Assembly (NCBI GenBank): GCA_963607615.1
Contig: CAVDCT010000010.1
Span: forward strand, 133-64,132
Length of the DNA stretch: 64,000 nucleotides
From: Roseburia sp. AF12-17LB
Lineage (GTDB): Bacteria > Bacillota_I > Bacilli_A > RF39 > UBA660
Direction: 5' to 3'
Part shown: piece after piece, positions 45,553-55,189 of the stretch
Layout of the letters: every line of letters begins with the position of its first letter
Numbering within the stretch: position 1 is the stretch's first letter
Translations under genes and position numbers: made by a program
Notes under the pieces: generated by a model
Seen by the model: the letters and a program-made list of their open reading frames with translations, nothing else
The model's database searches: none
Told to the model about the DNA's origin: nothing

Positions 45553-47268
45553 TTATAATTTAAAATATTTAATAATAAATTCGGTACTAGTGTCAGTTGA
45601 TTTCACGCTTATCAGTCCATTATTCATTTCTAATATTTTTTTTGTTAAAGAAAGACCCAACCCGATATTTCCATTGTTTAGATCACTAGCTTCGGAAAAT
45701 CTATCAAAAATATGCAGTAATTTTTCGTTAGAAATTTTTTTACCAAAGTTTTTTATCGATATCAAAGTATAACTTTGATTAGATAAAACTTTAATAATTA
45801 TTTTTCCGTTTTGATTAGAATATTCAATGCTATTTTTTAAGATATTAGTTATAGCTTCTATTTGCCATCTTTTATCGGCATAAATACTAACCTGATTATT
45901 TATTTGTTTTTTGATATGAATATTCTTTAGCTCACATAAAGTCGATACATTAAGTAAAGTTGAATTTATTATATCTCTTATTAATACCTGATCATTATTA
46001 AACTTTATCGCATTAACATCAAAGCGAGCTAATTTTAATAAGTATTGAACTAATTCATTAATATTATTAGTTTCCCTTTTAATTTTTCTGATCACATCTC
46101 TTTTTTTTGCATCTTCCATATCATAATTGTAAATTAATAAATCTAAATTAATTAAAATAGAAGTTATAGGTGTCTTTATCTGATGTGATATATCCTGTAA
46201 AGATTCTTTTAACCTTTGTTTATCTTGTAAGGCATTATCAGTCATACTATTTAGTAAAATGGCTGTTTTATATACTTCTTGCCTTAATATCGACAAATAA
46301 TCTTCTGATATTTCGGTCATATCTATTTGATAATCTTTATAATTGATTCTTTCCAATAATTTAATTATATCATTTATTTCCTTTGATCTTTGATATTCAT
46401 AACAAAGAAATATGATAATAATTATAATTATAATTAATACTACTTCTAATAAAGCTACTTGAATAGGCTTACTTTCTAATGGATGAACCTCATCCATTAA
46501 AACATCATTTAACTCATAAATATACTTTGTATTAGCTAATTTACCATTTTCATATAAATAATAATCAAACTTATCTATTTCCAATATATTGGCAAGTGCA
46601 TCTTTATAATCATGGGGATCTTGCAACACTACATAAGCATCTATATCCCCCTTCTTCCTATTAGTTGAAATAGCCGTATTATCAAAATAAACTCCATTAT
46701 AAGTACCAACTATCCTATACTTTATCGGTAATGTTTCCATAACAGTAGTTGTATCTTGCAAATCATTAGTACCAATAGACTCAGAAGGTATATTATCTTC
46801 ATGTTCCTCTGTTAGGCTAATTTCATCACCTATTTTTTTATTAATTTTTTTTAAGAATGATTTACTAACTAAAATTTCATATTCACTTTGGGGATAATTT
46901 CCATCTAATTTCTGATATTTCAAATAATTAAAAGTTTCTTCATCCATAAATGATATTGTTAAATTATCTACTTTATTAGTAGTCTGATTAGGATATTGAT
47001 AATAATTATTATATACTGATTTAACCATATCGACATTTTTATTTAAATTTAACTTTTCTAACTTCGCCTCATCAATACCAGATAAAGAGAGATGCCAATA
47101 TCCAGAAGCGTTAATATCGGTCTCTAGCATCGTTTTATTGTAGCTTGAAAAAATACATGCGACAGTACAAATAAGCATAACTGATAAAGTTATTCCAATC
47201 AAAATACCTATCGATCTTTTTCGGTTTAATTTTACATCTTTTAGTACAAATTTAGTTAAAGCACTCAT
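45553..47268 (-). CDS. Chimeric ORF: FtsX/MacB-type permease N-terminus (TM1 plus extracytoplasmic domain) fused to a BceS-like histidine kinase core
   Basis: N-terminal ..LKDVKLNRKRSIGILIGITLSVMLICTV.. There is a poly-Ile TM (LIIIIIIIIF), then ..KDKQRLKESLQDISHQIKTPITSI.. (H-box), ..NILKNSIEYS.. (N-box) and ..GLGLSLTKKIL.. (G-box). Confidence 0.6.
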   Translation of the reverse strand: MSALTKFVLKDVKLNRKRSIGILIGITLSVMLICTVACIFSSYNKTMLETDINASGYWHLSLSGIDEAKLEKLNLNKNVDMVKSVYNNYYQYPNQTTNKVDNLTISFMDEETFNYLKYQKLDGNYPQSEYEILVSKSFLKKINKKIGDEISLTEEHEDNIPSESIGTNDLQDTTTVMETLPIKYRIVGTYNGVYFDNTAISTNRKKGDIDAYVVLQDPHDYKDALANILEIDKFDYYLYENGKLANTKYIYELNDVLMDEVHPLESKPIQVALLEVVLIIIIIIIIFLCYEYQRSKEINDIIKLLERINYKDYQIDMTEISEDYLSILRQEVYKTAILLNSMTDNALQDKQRLKESLQDISHQIKTPITSILINLDLLIYNYDMEDAKKRDVIRKIKRETNNINELVQYLLKLARFDVNAIKFNNDQVLIRDIINSTLLNVSTLCELKNIHIKKQINNQVSIYADKRWQIEAITNILKNSIEYSNQNGKIIIKVLSNQSYTLISIKNFGKKISNEKLLHIFDRFSEASDLNNGNIGLGLSLTKKILEMNNGLISVKSTDTSTEFIIKYFKL

Positions 47269-47270
47269 AG

Positions 47271-47942
47271 TTAAAACTCTCTAACAATTTGACCATCCTC
47301 AATTTTTATGATTCAATCAGCACATTTAGCTAGTTCTAAATCATGCGTAATCATAATGATGGTTTGATTAAATTCTCAATTAGATTTTTTTAACAATGTA
47401 ACAATCTCTTCACTATTTTTGGAATCTAAATTACCAGTCGGCTCATCAGCTAAAACAATAGCTGGATTGGTAATTAAACATCTACCAATACTAACACGTT
47501 GTTGTTGCCCTCCTGATAATTCATTAGGTAAATGATTTTGTCGCTCAAATAGTCCTAATTTATTAATTATTTCTATAACTTTATTATTATCGATTTTACG
47601 GTTATCCAGACTAAGTGGCAAAGTTATATTTTCATATACATTTAAAATAGGTACTAAATTATAAAATTGATAAATTAAACCGACTTGTCGACGTCTAAAT
47701 ATAGCCAATTGATCATTATCCAAACTATATATATCTTTCCCAGCAATATAAACCTTCCCACTAGTTGGCCGATCAACACCACCTAATAAGTGTAACAAAG
47801 TTGATTTACCACTTCCTGAAGCTCCCACGATAGCTACAAAATCCCCTTTTTCAACTGAAAAGGAAACGTCATTTAATGCAATAACCTTATTCTCATCTTT
47901 ACCATATATTTTGGAAGGATTTTCTACTTTTAATATCTCCAT
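47271..47942 (-). pseudogene. ABC transporter ATP-binding protein (MacB/FtsE-like) with two in-frame TGA codons
   Basis: Walker A GASGSGKST, signature LSGGQQQR, Walker B VLADEPT. The frame then reads ..LLKKSN*EFNQTIIMITHDLELAKCAD*IIKIEDGQIVREF*. There is no frameshift, and the final TAA overlaps the next ATG. Confidence 0.75.
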
Positions 47943-48070
47943 AAATCCTCCTACTTTCTAAATCATTATAGTATGCAAAAGTTACATCCAAGTTACAATA
48001 AGTCTTTTTATTAATATTTATACTTTACTAAAAATTAAGATAATGTTATAGTTATGATAGGAGGAATTAT

Positions 48071-48706
48071 ATGAAAGAAGATAAATATAAACAAATGTAT
48101 AAAAAGTTAAAAGAATCAAGTATAGGAAAACACAAAAAATGTAGAGCTAATCGATTTAAGCAACATGTTACTTTAAAAGTAGCGCTCTCTACAATCTTAG
48201 CTACATTATGTGCGACATGTATAGTAGGATGTAAAAATAATAATAATCACTATAATAAAAATAATAATTCTAACCACACTACATATGTAACAGAATATAA
48301 TAATACCAATAGTTATTCAGTATCTAATAATACATATAGCCCTAGTGAAATATCGAGATATCAAAAACTTCGGGTTAATGAACTAATGACTAATTATGAT
48401 ATGACTGATTATACTAAAGATCCAGATAATAATCGTAGAAGAATCTATAATTACACTAGTGATGATTATAAAAAAATAAAAGAATTAGATGAAACATATA
48501 TATATGGATTCTATTTACTAGCAGATACTAATACTGTAGATAATGTATGTGATGCCTTAGGTTATTCTAATCTATATTCTTATTTAACAGTAAACAACTA
48601 TATTGATGGTCAAGGAGAACCAGACGTAGAAAAATGGTATGATGCAAATACTATCACAATAAATAATATTATGATTGAACAATCAGAGAAAGGAAAAACA
48701 AAATAA
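48071..48706 (+). CDS. Putative lipoprotein
   Basis: Signal-like ..LKVALSTILATLCATCIVGC.. with the lipobox IVGC, followed by an Asn-rich linker. RBS AGGAGG. Confidence 0.55.
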   Translation: MKEDKYKQMYKKLKESSIGKHKKCRANRFKQHVTLKVALSTILATLCATCIVGCKNNNNHYNKNNNSNHTTYVTEYNNTNSYSVSNNTYSPSEISRYQKLRVNELMTNYDMTDYTKDPDNNRRRIYNYTSDDYKKIKELDETYIYGFYLLADTNTVDNVCDALGYSNLYSYLTVNNYIDGQGEPDVEKWYDANTITINNIMIEQSEKGKTK

Positions 48707-48933
48707 TGGAATTAGAATTTGTTATATTAGATGATAATAAAAAATATTGTATTATTAATGAAATTATATATAATAACATAAAGTATTTATACTTAACTAA
48801 TATAGAAAATATAGATGATTTTACAATTAGAAAAGAAATAAATAATGAATTTGTAGGGTTAGATAATGAAGAAGAATTTGATAAAGTTGTTGATATTTTT
48901 ATAAAAAAGATAACAGATAATTCGGAAATATAA
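48706..48933 (+). CDS. Small acidic protein, DUF1292-like
   Basis: ..FVILDDNKKYCIINEIIYNNIKYLYLTN..FTIRKE..LDNEEEFDKVVDIF.. pattern. It is translationally coupled on both sides. Confidence 0.4.
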   Translation: MELEFVILDDNKKYCIINEIIYNNIKYLYLTNIENIDDFTIRKEINNEFVGLDNEEEFDKVVDIFIKKITDNSEI

Positions 48934-48934
48934 T

Positions 48935-51094
48935 ATGAACTTCAATTCAAAACAGACAACATTAAAAAATGTAAATTTAAATACATATCAACAAAACAAA
49001 TTAAAACAAACAAATATAAAAACATTATATAATCAAGAAAATGATTTAGACTATAGCACCCAATATCAAGTACCTAGTAAATATAATCATAATGGAAATA
49101 GTGATTTAGATACAATCTATATTAATGAATTAAGTACGATAACAAATGAAATTCAAAATAGCTTTACAAACGACCAAGATTACTTAATCTATTGTAAATA
49201 TCTTGAAGGCAAAACATTGAAAGAAATAATTAATAGTGATTATAAAGCTAGCTATCTTACAGATGATAGTGACCATAATCAAATTCAAAAAATAATGGAT
49301 GAAAATAATATTGATGGTGATGCATTTACTTTTATAATGAGAATTGATGAAGCACTAACTAAATTTAATAAATCAAATGACTTAAAAAACTTTTCTAAAC
49401 TAAGTGATGATATGATGAATGCTGAATTTGTTGAAATCTGTCACACTGATAGTGGTTATGATGCTTCAGTTTTGAAAGATATTAATGGTAATTACATGAT
49501 TGTAAATAGTTGTACTAATGCTAGTTCTCTAAAAGATATATTAGCTATTTCATACCCTATTTGTAGATATCTTACAGGTTCTGATGATTTCATTCAAATA
49601 ATTTTTGATTATTTAGTTAATAATGCTGACCTTACTAATGTTTCAGAAGAATACTTTTCAATATCAGAATCTTTTGATAATAATAAAAATCTATATGAAG
49701 AACAAATAAATGATAATCTAAAATTAGTAGAAAAATACTGTGATAAAGCTAAAAATGATAATACAAAAGTAGATCTTTACGCATACTCTCTAGGTGGTGG
49801 AACTCAAGAAACAACTTATGCTAACTTAAAAGATAATAATAGTGATAAACTACAATATATACAAAGTATTTCTGTTTATAATCCATTTACATTATTTGCC
49901 CAAGAATATAAAGATAATTATATAGATTTATTAGCTAATGATGATAAATTATGTATATACTCTGCTGAACAAGATTATGTATCAACGTTTAATGATAGTG
50001 TAGGAGATTTACTAGGTAAAACTGTATTTCTTAAAGCTGATGATATCGAATCTAATTCTGTTAATGGCATTAGTGATGTTGGTGGTCTTATTATTGGTTC
50101 CAATAGTAATCACGGTTTTGCTCCACTTGATAAATCAGCTTTCGATAAAAACGGTAATATTAGTAAAACTGGCGAATTTATAAGTATAAATACTTCTATT
50201 GCAAACGCAACTCTAGGTAAAAAATCAGCTTTAGAAAATAAATATAAGCCAAACTATCAAGATATATTTAATGATATATTCAATTCTAATGGAGTACAAA
50301 ATAGTTTAGATAAGATAGAATCAAAGGAAATAAAACAACTTATTAATAATTTAGTTGATTACTTTGGTAATAATTTTGGCCAAATAAAATATGAAGAGAT
50401 TTCTTCTATTCTAAGTGATAGTATTGCTGATATTATATCTGATGAAATTTATAAAACAGGTAGAAATACTATTCCTGATCTTATTTTGGGACCTGCTATT
50501 GGTAGTGCTGCTCAAGCCCTATTTGATGAAGATGACCTAGCTAACTCTATTGACCAAATACTTAACAGTCAAAATGGTAAAGATTTAGTTCTTGATATTT
50601 TGAGTTGTTATTTAAACAATGATATTCCAGCTTACAATAAACAAATGGATCGATTAATTGAAGCTATGATATATATATTTGGTAAAAGTGGCAATATGTT
50701 TAGTCAGACTAGAAATGGTTTGTTTACAGACCCGCTAAAATCGAAATTAAAATCAAAATTAAAACTTGATGTACCTGAATTAGAAGTAGACGAAAATATA
50801 CCTATTACAACTACTACAAAAACAGCAGGTACAACTGCAACTACCGCAGGAACTACTACAACTACAACCACAACGGCAACTACTACAGCAACTACTACAG
50901 CAACCACTACAACAGCACCAACTACAACAGCACCAACTACAACCCCGGCCGTAACAACAACAGGAATAGCTCCATCTAACCAACCACCTTTAATCGCATA
51001 CGATCCAATAGTAGTAGAAATTCTTGGTTATCCTAAGGGAGTTTCTTATACAACAAGTACTACAGTTACTACTACAACTACTGCAGCTAAATAA
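48935..51094 (+). CDS. Large protein with a lipase-like alpha/beta-hydrolase core and a C-terminal Thr/Ala/Pro-rich repeat region
   Basis: ..VDLYAYSLGGG.. (GxSxG-type elbow) and ..SNSNHGF.. The C-terminus is ..TTTTKTAGTTATTAGTTTTTTTTATTTATTTATTTTAPTTTAPTTTPAVTTT.. I see no obvious signal peptide. Confidence 0.45.
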   Translation: MNFNSKQTTLKNVNLNTYQQNKLKQTNIKTLYNQENDLDYSTQYQVPSKYNHNGNSDLDTIYINELSTITNEIQNSFTNDQDYLIYCKYLEGKTLKEIINSDYKASYLTDDSDHNQIQKIMDENNIDGDAFTFIMRIDEALTKFNKSNDLKNFSKLSDDMMNAEFVEICHTDSGYDASVLKDINGNYMIVNSCTNASSLKDILAISYPICRYLTGSDDFIQIIFDYLVNNADLTNVSEEYFSISESFDNNKNLYEEQINDNLKLVEKYCDKAKNDNTKVDLYAYSLGGGTQETTYANLKDNNSDKLQYIQSISVYNPFTLFAQEYKDNYIDLLANDDKLCIYSAEQDYVSTFNDSVGDLLGKTVFLKADDIESNSVNGISDVGGLIIGSNSNHGFAPLDKSAFDKNGNISKTGEFISINTSIANATLGKKSALENKYKPNYQDIFNDIFNSNGVQNSLDKIESKEIKQLINNLVDYFGNNFGQIKYEEISSILSDSIADIISDEIYKTGRNTIPDLILGPAIGSAAQALFDEDDLANSIDQILNSQNGKDLVLDILSCYLNNDIPAYNKQMDRLIEAMIYIFGKSGNMFSQTRNGLFTDPLKSKLKSKLKLDVPELEVDENIPITTTTKTAGTTATTAGTTTTTTTTATTTATTTATTTTAPTTTAPTTTPAVTTTGIAPSNQPPLIAYDPIVVEILGYPKGVSYTTSTTVTTTTTAAK
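50806..50965 (+). repeat. Coding low-complexity/tandem repeat (ACN-rich; GCAACTACTACA x3, ACAGCACCAACTACA x2)
   Basis: Read directly in the sequence. It encodes the Thr-rich linker, and the antisense ORFs here are artefacts of it. Confidence 0.8.
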
Positions 51095-51171
51095 AAATTT
51101 CATTAGAAACTATAAAGTATTGTAAAGAAAAAGTCTTAATTTAAGACTTTTTTGTTTATACTTTTATAATT

Positions 51172-51927
51172 TTAATCATCTAATCTAGGTGTTAATATTT
51201 CATATCCATCTTCTGTAATTAGAACTGTATGTTCATAATGAGCTGATGAAGAACCATCAATAGTTTTAATTGTCCAACCATCATCTAATTGATATACATT
51301 TCTTAAACCTAAATTTAACATTGGCTCAATACAAATAACCATTCCTGGTTTTAGTTTAGGTCCTACCCCTTCTCTACCAAAATTTGGTACATCAGGATCT
51401 TCATGCATTTCTAGTCCAATTCCATGACCACATAATTCTTGTACAACAGATAACTTATGTTCTGTTGCATACGTTTCAATAGCATGTGATATATCTCCAA
51501 TTCTATTACCAGGTTTAACTAACTTAATACCTTCATATAAGGCTTTTTCAGTATGTTCCATAAGATGTTTCTTTTCATCACTAATATTACCAACTGCATA
51601 TGTCCATGCAGCATCACCTTGATAACCTTTATATCCAATAACCATATCAATTGTTATAATATCACCATTTTTTAATTTATAATTACTAGGAATACCATGA
51701 ACAACTTCATCATTAACACTAGTACATAAAGTAGCAGGAAATCCCTCATAGCCTAAACAAGTTGGAACTCCACCATTTTTAATAATAAAATCATAAGCAA
51801 GTTTATCTAATTCAGCTGTTGTTATTCCTGGTTTAATAAATGGCTTTAAATATTTATGCGTTAAAGACACTAAATATCCGGCATGACGCATTAACTCAAT
51901 TTCTTTTTCACTTTTAATTGTAATCAT
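51172..51927 (-). CDS. map: Type I methionine aminopeptidase
   Basis: MITIKSEKEIELMRHAG.. ..DMVIGYKGYQGDAAWT.. ..GHGIG..HE.. ..EHTVLIT.. Confidence 0.95.
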   Translation of the reverse strand: MITIKSEKEIELMRHAGYLVSLTHKYLKPFIKPGITTAELDKLAYDFIIKNGGVPTCLGYEGFPATLCTSVNDEVVHGIPSNYKLKNGDIITIDMVIGYKGYQGDAAWTYAVGNISDEKKHLMEHTEKALYEGIKLVKPGNRIGDISHAIETYATEHKLSVVQELCGHGIGLEMHEDPDVPNFGREGVGPKLKPGMVICIEPMLNLGLRNVYQLDDGWTIKTIDGSSSAHYEHTVLITEDGYEILTPRLDD

Positions 51928-51944
51928 CTATATCATTCTCCTTT

Positions 51945-53270
51945 TTAATAGTGATTAGTTAAAGTTCTATGATAAGGTTTAATCATTTTACTTTTATCTT
52001 GTCCTAAACACCATATATAATCATTAATATCATTTCTATTAAACTTATTCTCTAACTTATTAGCAATATAATCAATAACAATAAGAGGATTAGCTCGTAT
52101 TTCTATTTCCATTGTTGAATTGTCATCAATTAGTATTTTATTATCCACTAAAAAAGATAATTCTTCATCAAATTCTAAAATTCCAAGATTACACATAACT
52201 TGAGGTATTTTATAATCAGCACAACCTACAAGATTACTATAAGATACTTTTACATCTTCTAATAATTCTCTTACTTTTAATATATCTGATGTTAGTAATT
52301 GTGCCCTTTTATAAAAGTAAATTGTATGTCCATTATAAACTTCTTCGTCCTTATAACATTTTAAATTAGAAATAATGTAAGTAAATAATTCCTTATCACT
52401 ATACATATTCTTTATAGCATCATAAAAATTACCATTTTTTTTAATAAATTTATTCATCTCAACTAAATTATTATAACGACTACGAATAAGTGGTAACTCT
52501 CCTACTCCACCTAAAAATAATTTAAATTCTTCAAAAGTCATATTAAAATCTTTATGTTCTTTATATCTTTTTAAAACTAAATACATTAAAGCATAACTAC
52601 CATCTAACTGACCATACTCAGTTGTTATTGCCCACTTTGGTTCTCCCCAAAAACAGTAAAGACCAATTGTATGATAAATAAATAAAAAGTTTATTATATC
52701 AATATAATTCAAATCTAAAATATTAAAAGGATTATCCTTTAACCAAAAGTTTATTTTATTTAGATCTATATTTTTTATTATATTATCTAACTTATCATAG
52801 TTAATTGTCACATATTTAGAGTTATCGCTAACATATTTAACAGTTGGAAGTATATTATCTAATATATTATCTTTAGGTTCATAATTCCATATACCAAGAG
52901 TTCCTTTTGATACAATAGGTTCTTCTAGTAATTGAACATCTTCTAAAATCCATGCATACCTTCCAACTTCATAAATACCACATATATATTCTTGATAATT
53001 ATTAAATTCAAGTTCATTAATAAAATCTTCTGTCATATAAACGCAATCTACTAAATTACATTTGCAAATTATTTCACCATAATGTAGTTTATCATTATCA
53101 AGTAAAGACATTATTTTTTCATTATTTTTCCATTCTTTACGTATTTTAGTTAAACTGGCATGGATATATATTTCACCACGATACTTAGTTTTCCAACTTC
53201 TAGTTTCTATTTTTTTATGTCCCTGTGCTATTAAGGTTGCCATTGGTTCAGTTAAACTTATAACTTTCAT
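51945..53270 (-). CDS. Fusion: N-terminal ASCH domain plus queuosine-salvage (DUF2419/Qng1-like) domain
   Basis: N-terminal MKVISLTEPMATLIAQGHKKIETRSWKTKYRGEIYIHAS. C-terminal ..HTIGLYCFWGEPKW..DGSYALMY..YKRAQLLTSDI..GCADYKIPQVMCNLGIL.. Confidence 0.65.
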   Translation of the reverse strand: MKVISLTEPMATLIAQGHKKIETRSWKTKYRGEIYIHASLTKIRKEWKNNEKIMSLLDNDKLHYGEIICKCNLVDCVYMTEDFINELEFNNYQEYICGIYEVGRYAWILEDVQLLEEPIVSKGTLGIWNYEPKDNILDNILPTVKYVSDNSKYVTINYDKLDNIIKNIDLNKINFWLKDNPFNILDLNYIDIINFLFIYHTIGLYCFWGEPKWAITTEYGQLDGSYALMYLVLKRYKEHKDFNMTFEEFKLFLGGVGELPLIRSRYNNLVEMNKFIKKNGNFYDAIKNMYSDKELFTYIISNLKCYKDEEVYNGHTIYFYKRAQLLTSDILKVRELLEDVKVSYSNLVGCADYKIPQVMCNLGILEFDEELSFLVDNKILIDDNSTMEIEIRANPLIVIDYIANKLENKFNRNDINDYIWCLGQDKSKMIKPYHRTLTNHY

Positions 53271-53356
53271 AATTCCTCCAAATATAATTTATTTGCAGTT
53301 ATATTATATCACGTATGACTATCCTTAACATATTTTTTCAAAAAAAAACTATAAAT

Positions 53357-53548
53357 TTATATAGTATTTTCTTCTGTAGATTCTTCTTTTTTATCTGGAT
53401 AAAAAATATTAACGAATCCAAAAACAATTACTAAAGCTGCAGTAGCTAAAATTAATTTAATATAGAAATCATCTGGTAAAAAAGACGATATCATATCAGT
53501 AATACTCACTAATATTGAGCTCAAACTATAAGTTATATCACTATTCAT
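53357..53548 (-). CDS. Small membrane protein (63 aa)
   Basis: One clear TM (LILATAALVIVFGFVNIF). ORF only. Confidence 0.3.
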   Translation of the reverse strand: MNSDITYSLSSILVSITDMISSFLPDDFYIKLILATAALVIVFGFVNIFYPDKKEESTEENTI

Positions 53549-53660
53549 ACATCCTCCGTATTACCCTTACTATTCTTATATTCATTATAATATATCAATT
53601 ATTTAGTTGTCAACAAAGAATATAAAAATATATAACTTAAGTTTAATAATATTATCTTTT

Positions 53661-55142
53661 CTAAATTTTATATTGTTTTATTGTGTCATCTCTATTTAAA
53701 TAATCTTTATAACTTGACCAAATAGAACCATCAGGTGCTAACCAATAATCATCTTTTTCTTCACAATTATTATCTATTGAAGGTTGTTCTTCCTCAATCA
53801 TTAATGGAAAAGTAGATTTTGATGAATCATCATAAATATGTTCTTCATAAGCATTATCCATATTCTTCATTCTAGTAATCATAGACTTATCAAAGCAAAA
53901 TGACTTATAATCTATTTCCATATTATTGCAAACAGTCATTAATTCTTGATTAAAAAATAGAATAAAATTTGGATCTTCCCTAACAATATCTTGAATAAAA
54001 TTATTCATAATATTTTTTACTTTATAACGTGTAAGTGTTATAAATTTATTTGGAGAAATTTGAAATTTGAAATCATCAGAAACAAAAACAAGTTCTTTCC
54101 AACGATTATTAACTAAATCATTTGTTGATTTTTCAATAGTTTTATTTATATATTTTTGGATAAAGTAATTTTTAGGATTAGATTCTGATTCTGAAATCAA
54201 TGAATCAATTATTCTTTTAGCAATATACTCCTTATAAGAAATATGTTCTGATACATATGTTTTTTCTGAAGCATTATTAACAAACCAATTATTAATAACA
54301 TTATCAATAACTTTATAAATACAATTAGAACGCATTTTAATATAAGAAATATTTGATATTTGAGGTGCTGTTCCATAACCTATCCATCCATCTATTTTTC
54401 CAGTTAAAATAGGTGGTCTTTTTACCGATACAACTACTTCTGGGTATTCTAATTTAATTTCCCTTAAAATATCAATATAACTAATAAGTGTTTCAGTAGA
54501 AGAATTTATAATAAGCACATCATCGTAATTAAATTGTGTCGTAAATTTAAAATCATAAGCTAAATTTCTTTCATTACACTTCTTAATAAAATATTGAGAA
54601 AACTTATAAATATCAGCTTTAGAATTAATATTTAAATATAAAAAATGTTCAATATTTATTCCTTGTTCTTGAATAGGATTTGTATAATAAGAATTAACAT
54701 ATATCCATTTGCGATCTGTATAATGACCTTTATATTTTTCTAACAAAGTGTTTACTTCTTTGTTTTCATCATCTTTTATATCGTTTAAAGATTTAATATC
54801 TGGAATACTTTTCAATATAGTTTGAAGGTATGCTAAAGAATGCTCATTAACATCATATTTGTCATTTGGTATCTTTTTTATATTAACTTCAAGCATGCTA
54901 TTTTTCCAATTATTAAAAAGCATAGTATAAAATCTATCCATAGCATACTTTTCAAGTAAAGGTTCTTCATTATACCAATTCTTAATAGAAAAAGATAACA
55001 TAATTTTGTTATAAAAATCTTCACTATCAAATGAATTTAAATATAGTTTAATCAATTCACTAATCAAATGGGTATTACTAAATGGATTTGTTACTTGAGA
55101 ATATAAATTCATCAACCCCATACTTATCCCTCCTACTAACAT
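53661..55142 (-). CDS. Hypothetical protein (493 aa)
   Basis: Long ORF with no recognisable motif. The start may be the internal MGLMNLY. Confidence 0.4.
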   Translation of the reverse strand: MLVGGISMGLMNLYSQVTNPFSNTHLISELIKLYLNSFDSEDFYNKIMLSFSIKNWYNEEPLLEKYAMDRFYTMLFNNWKNSMLEVNIKKIPNDKYDVNEHSLAYLQTILKSIPDIKSLNDIKDDENKEVNTLLEKYKGHYTDRKWIYVNSYYTNPIQEQGINIEHFLYLNINSKADIYKFSQYFIKKCNERNLAYDFKFTTQFNYDDVLIINSSTETLISYIDILREIKLEYPEVVVSVKRPPILTGKIDGWIGYGTAPQISNISYIKMRSNCIYKVIDNVINNWFVNNASEKTYVSEHISYKEYIAKRIIDSLISESESNPKNYFIQKYINKTIEKSTNDLVNNRWKELVFVSDDFKFQISPNKFITLTRYKVKNIMNNFIQDIVREDPNFILFFNQELMTVCNNMEIDYKSFCFDKSMITRMKNMDNAYEEHIYDDSSKSTFPLMIEEEQPSIDNNCEEKDDYWLAPDGSIWSSYKDYLNRDDTIKQYKI

Positions 55143-55189
55143 AATGAAAATTATTATAGCATTTTATTATAAAAAGTACAATTTATATT

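Noticed and set aside
47271-47400. TGA reassignment (genetic code 4 or 25, or TGA read as Arg) as the explanation for the in-frame TGAs
   Set aside because: TGA is used as a genuine stop for other intact genes in this window (the EpsG-type gene at 10200-10202 and the nuclease at 16574-16576). All other long ORFs are free of internal TGA. The neighbouring permease gene is also rearranged. Pseudogenisation is the more economical explanation.
50704-50983. Minus-strand ORFs encoding Val/Ala-rich (50704-50907) and Cys/Ser-rich (50780-50983) peptides
   Set aside because: They are antisense read-outs of the ACN-rich Thr-repeat coding region of the 719-aa plus-strand gene. They have no RBS and no independent support.
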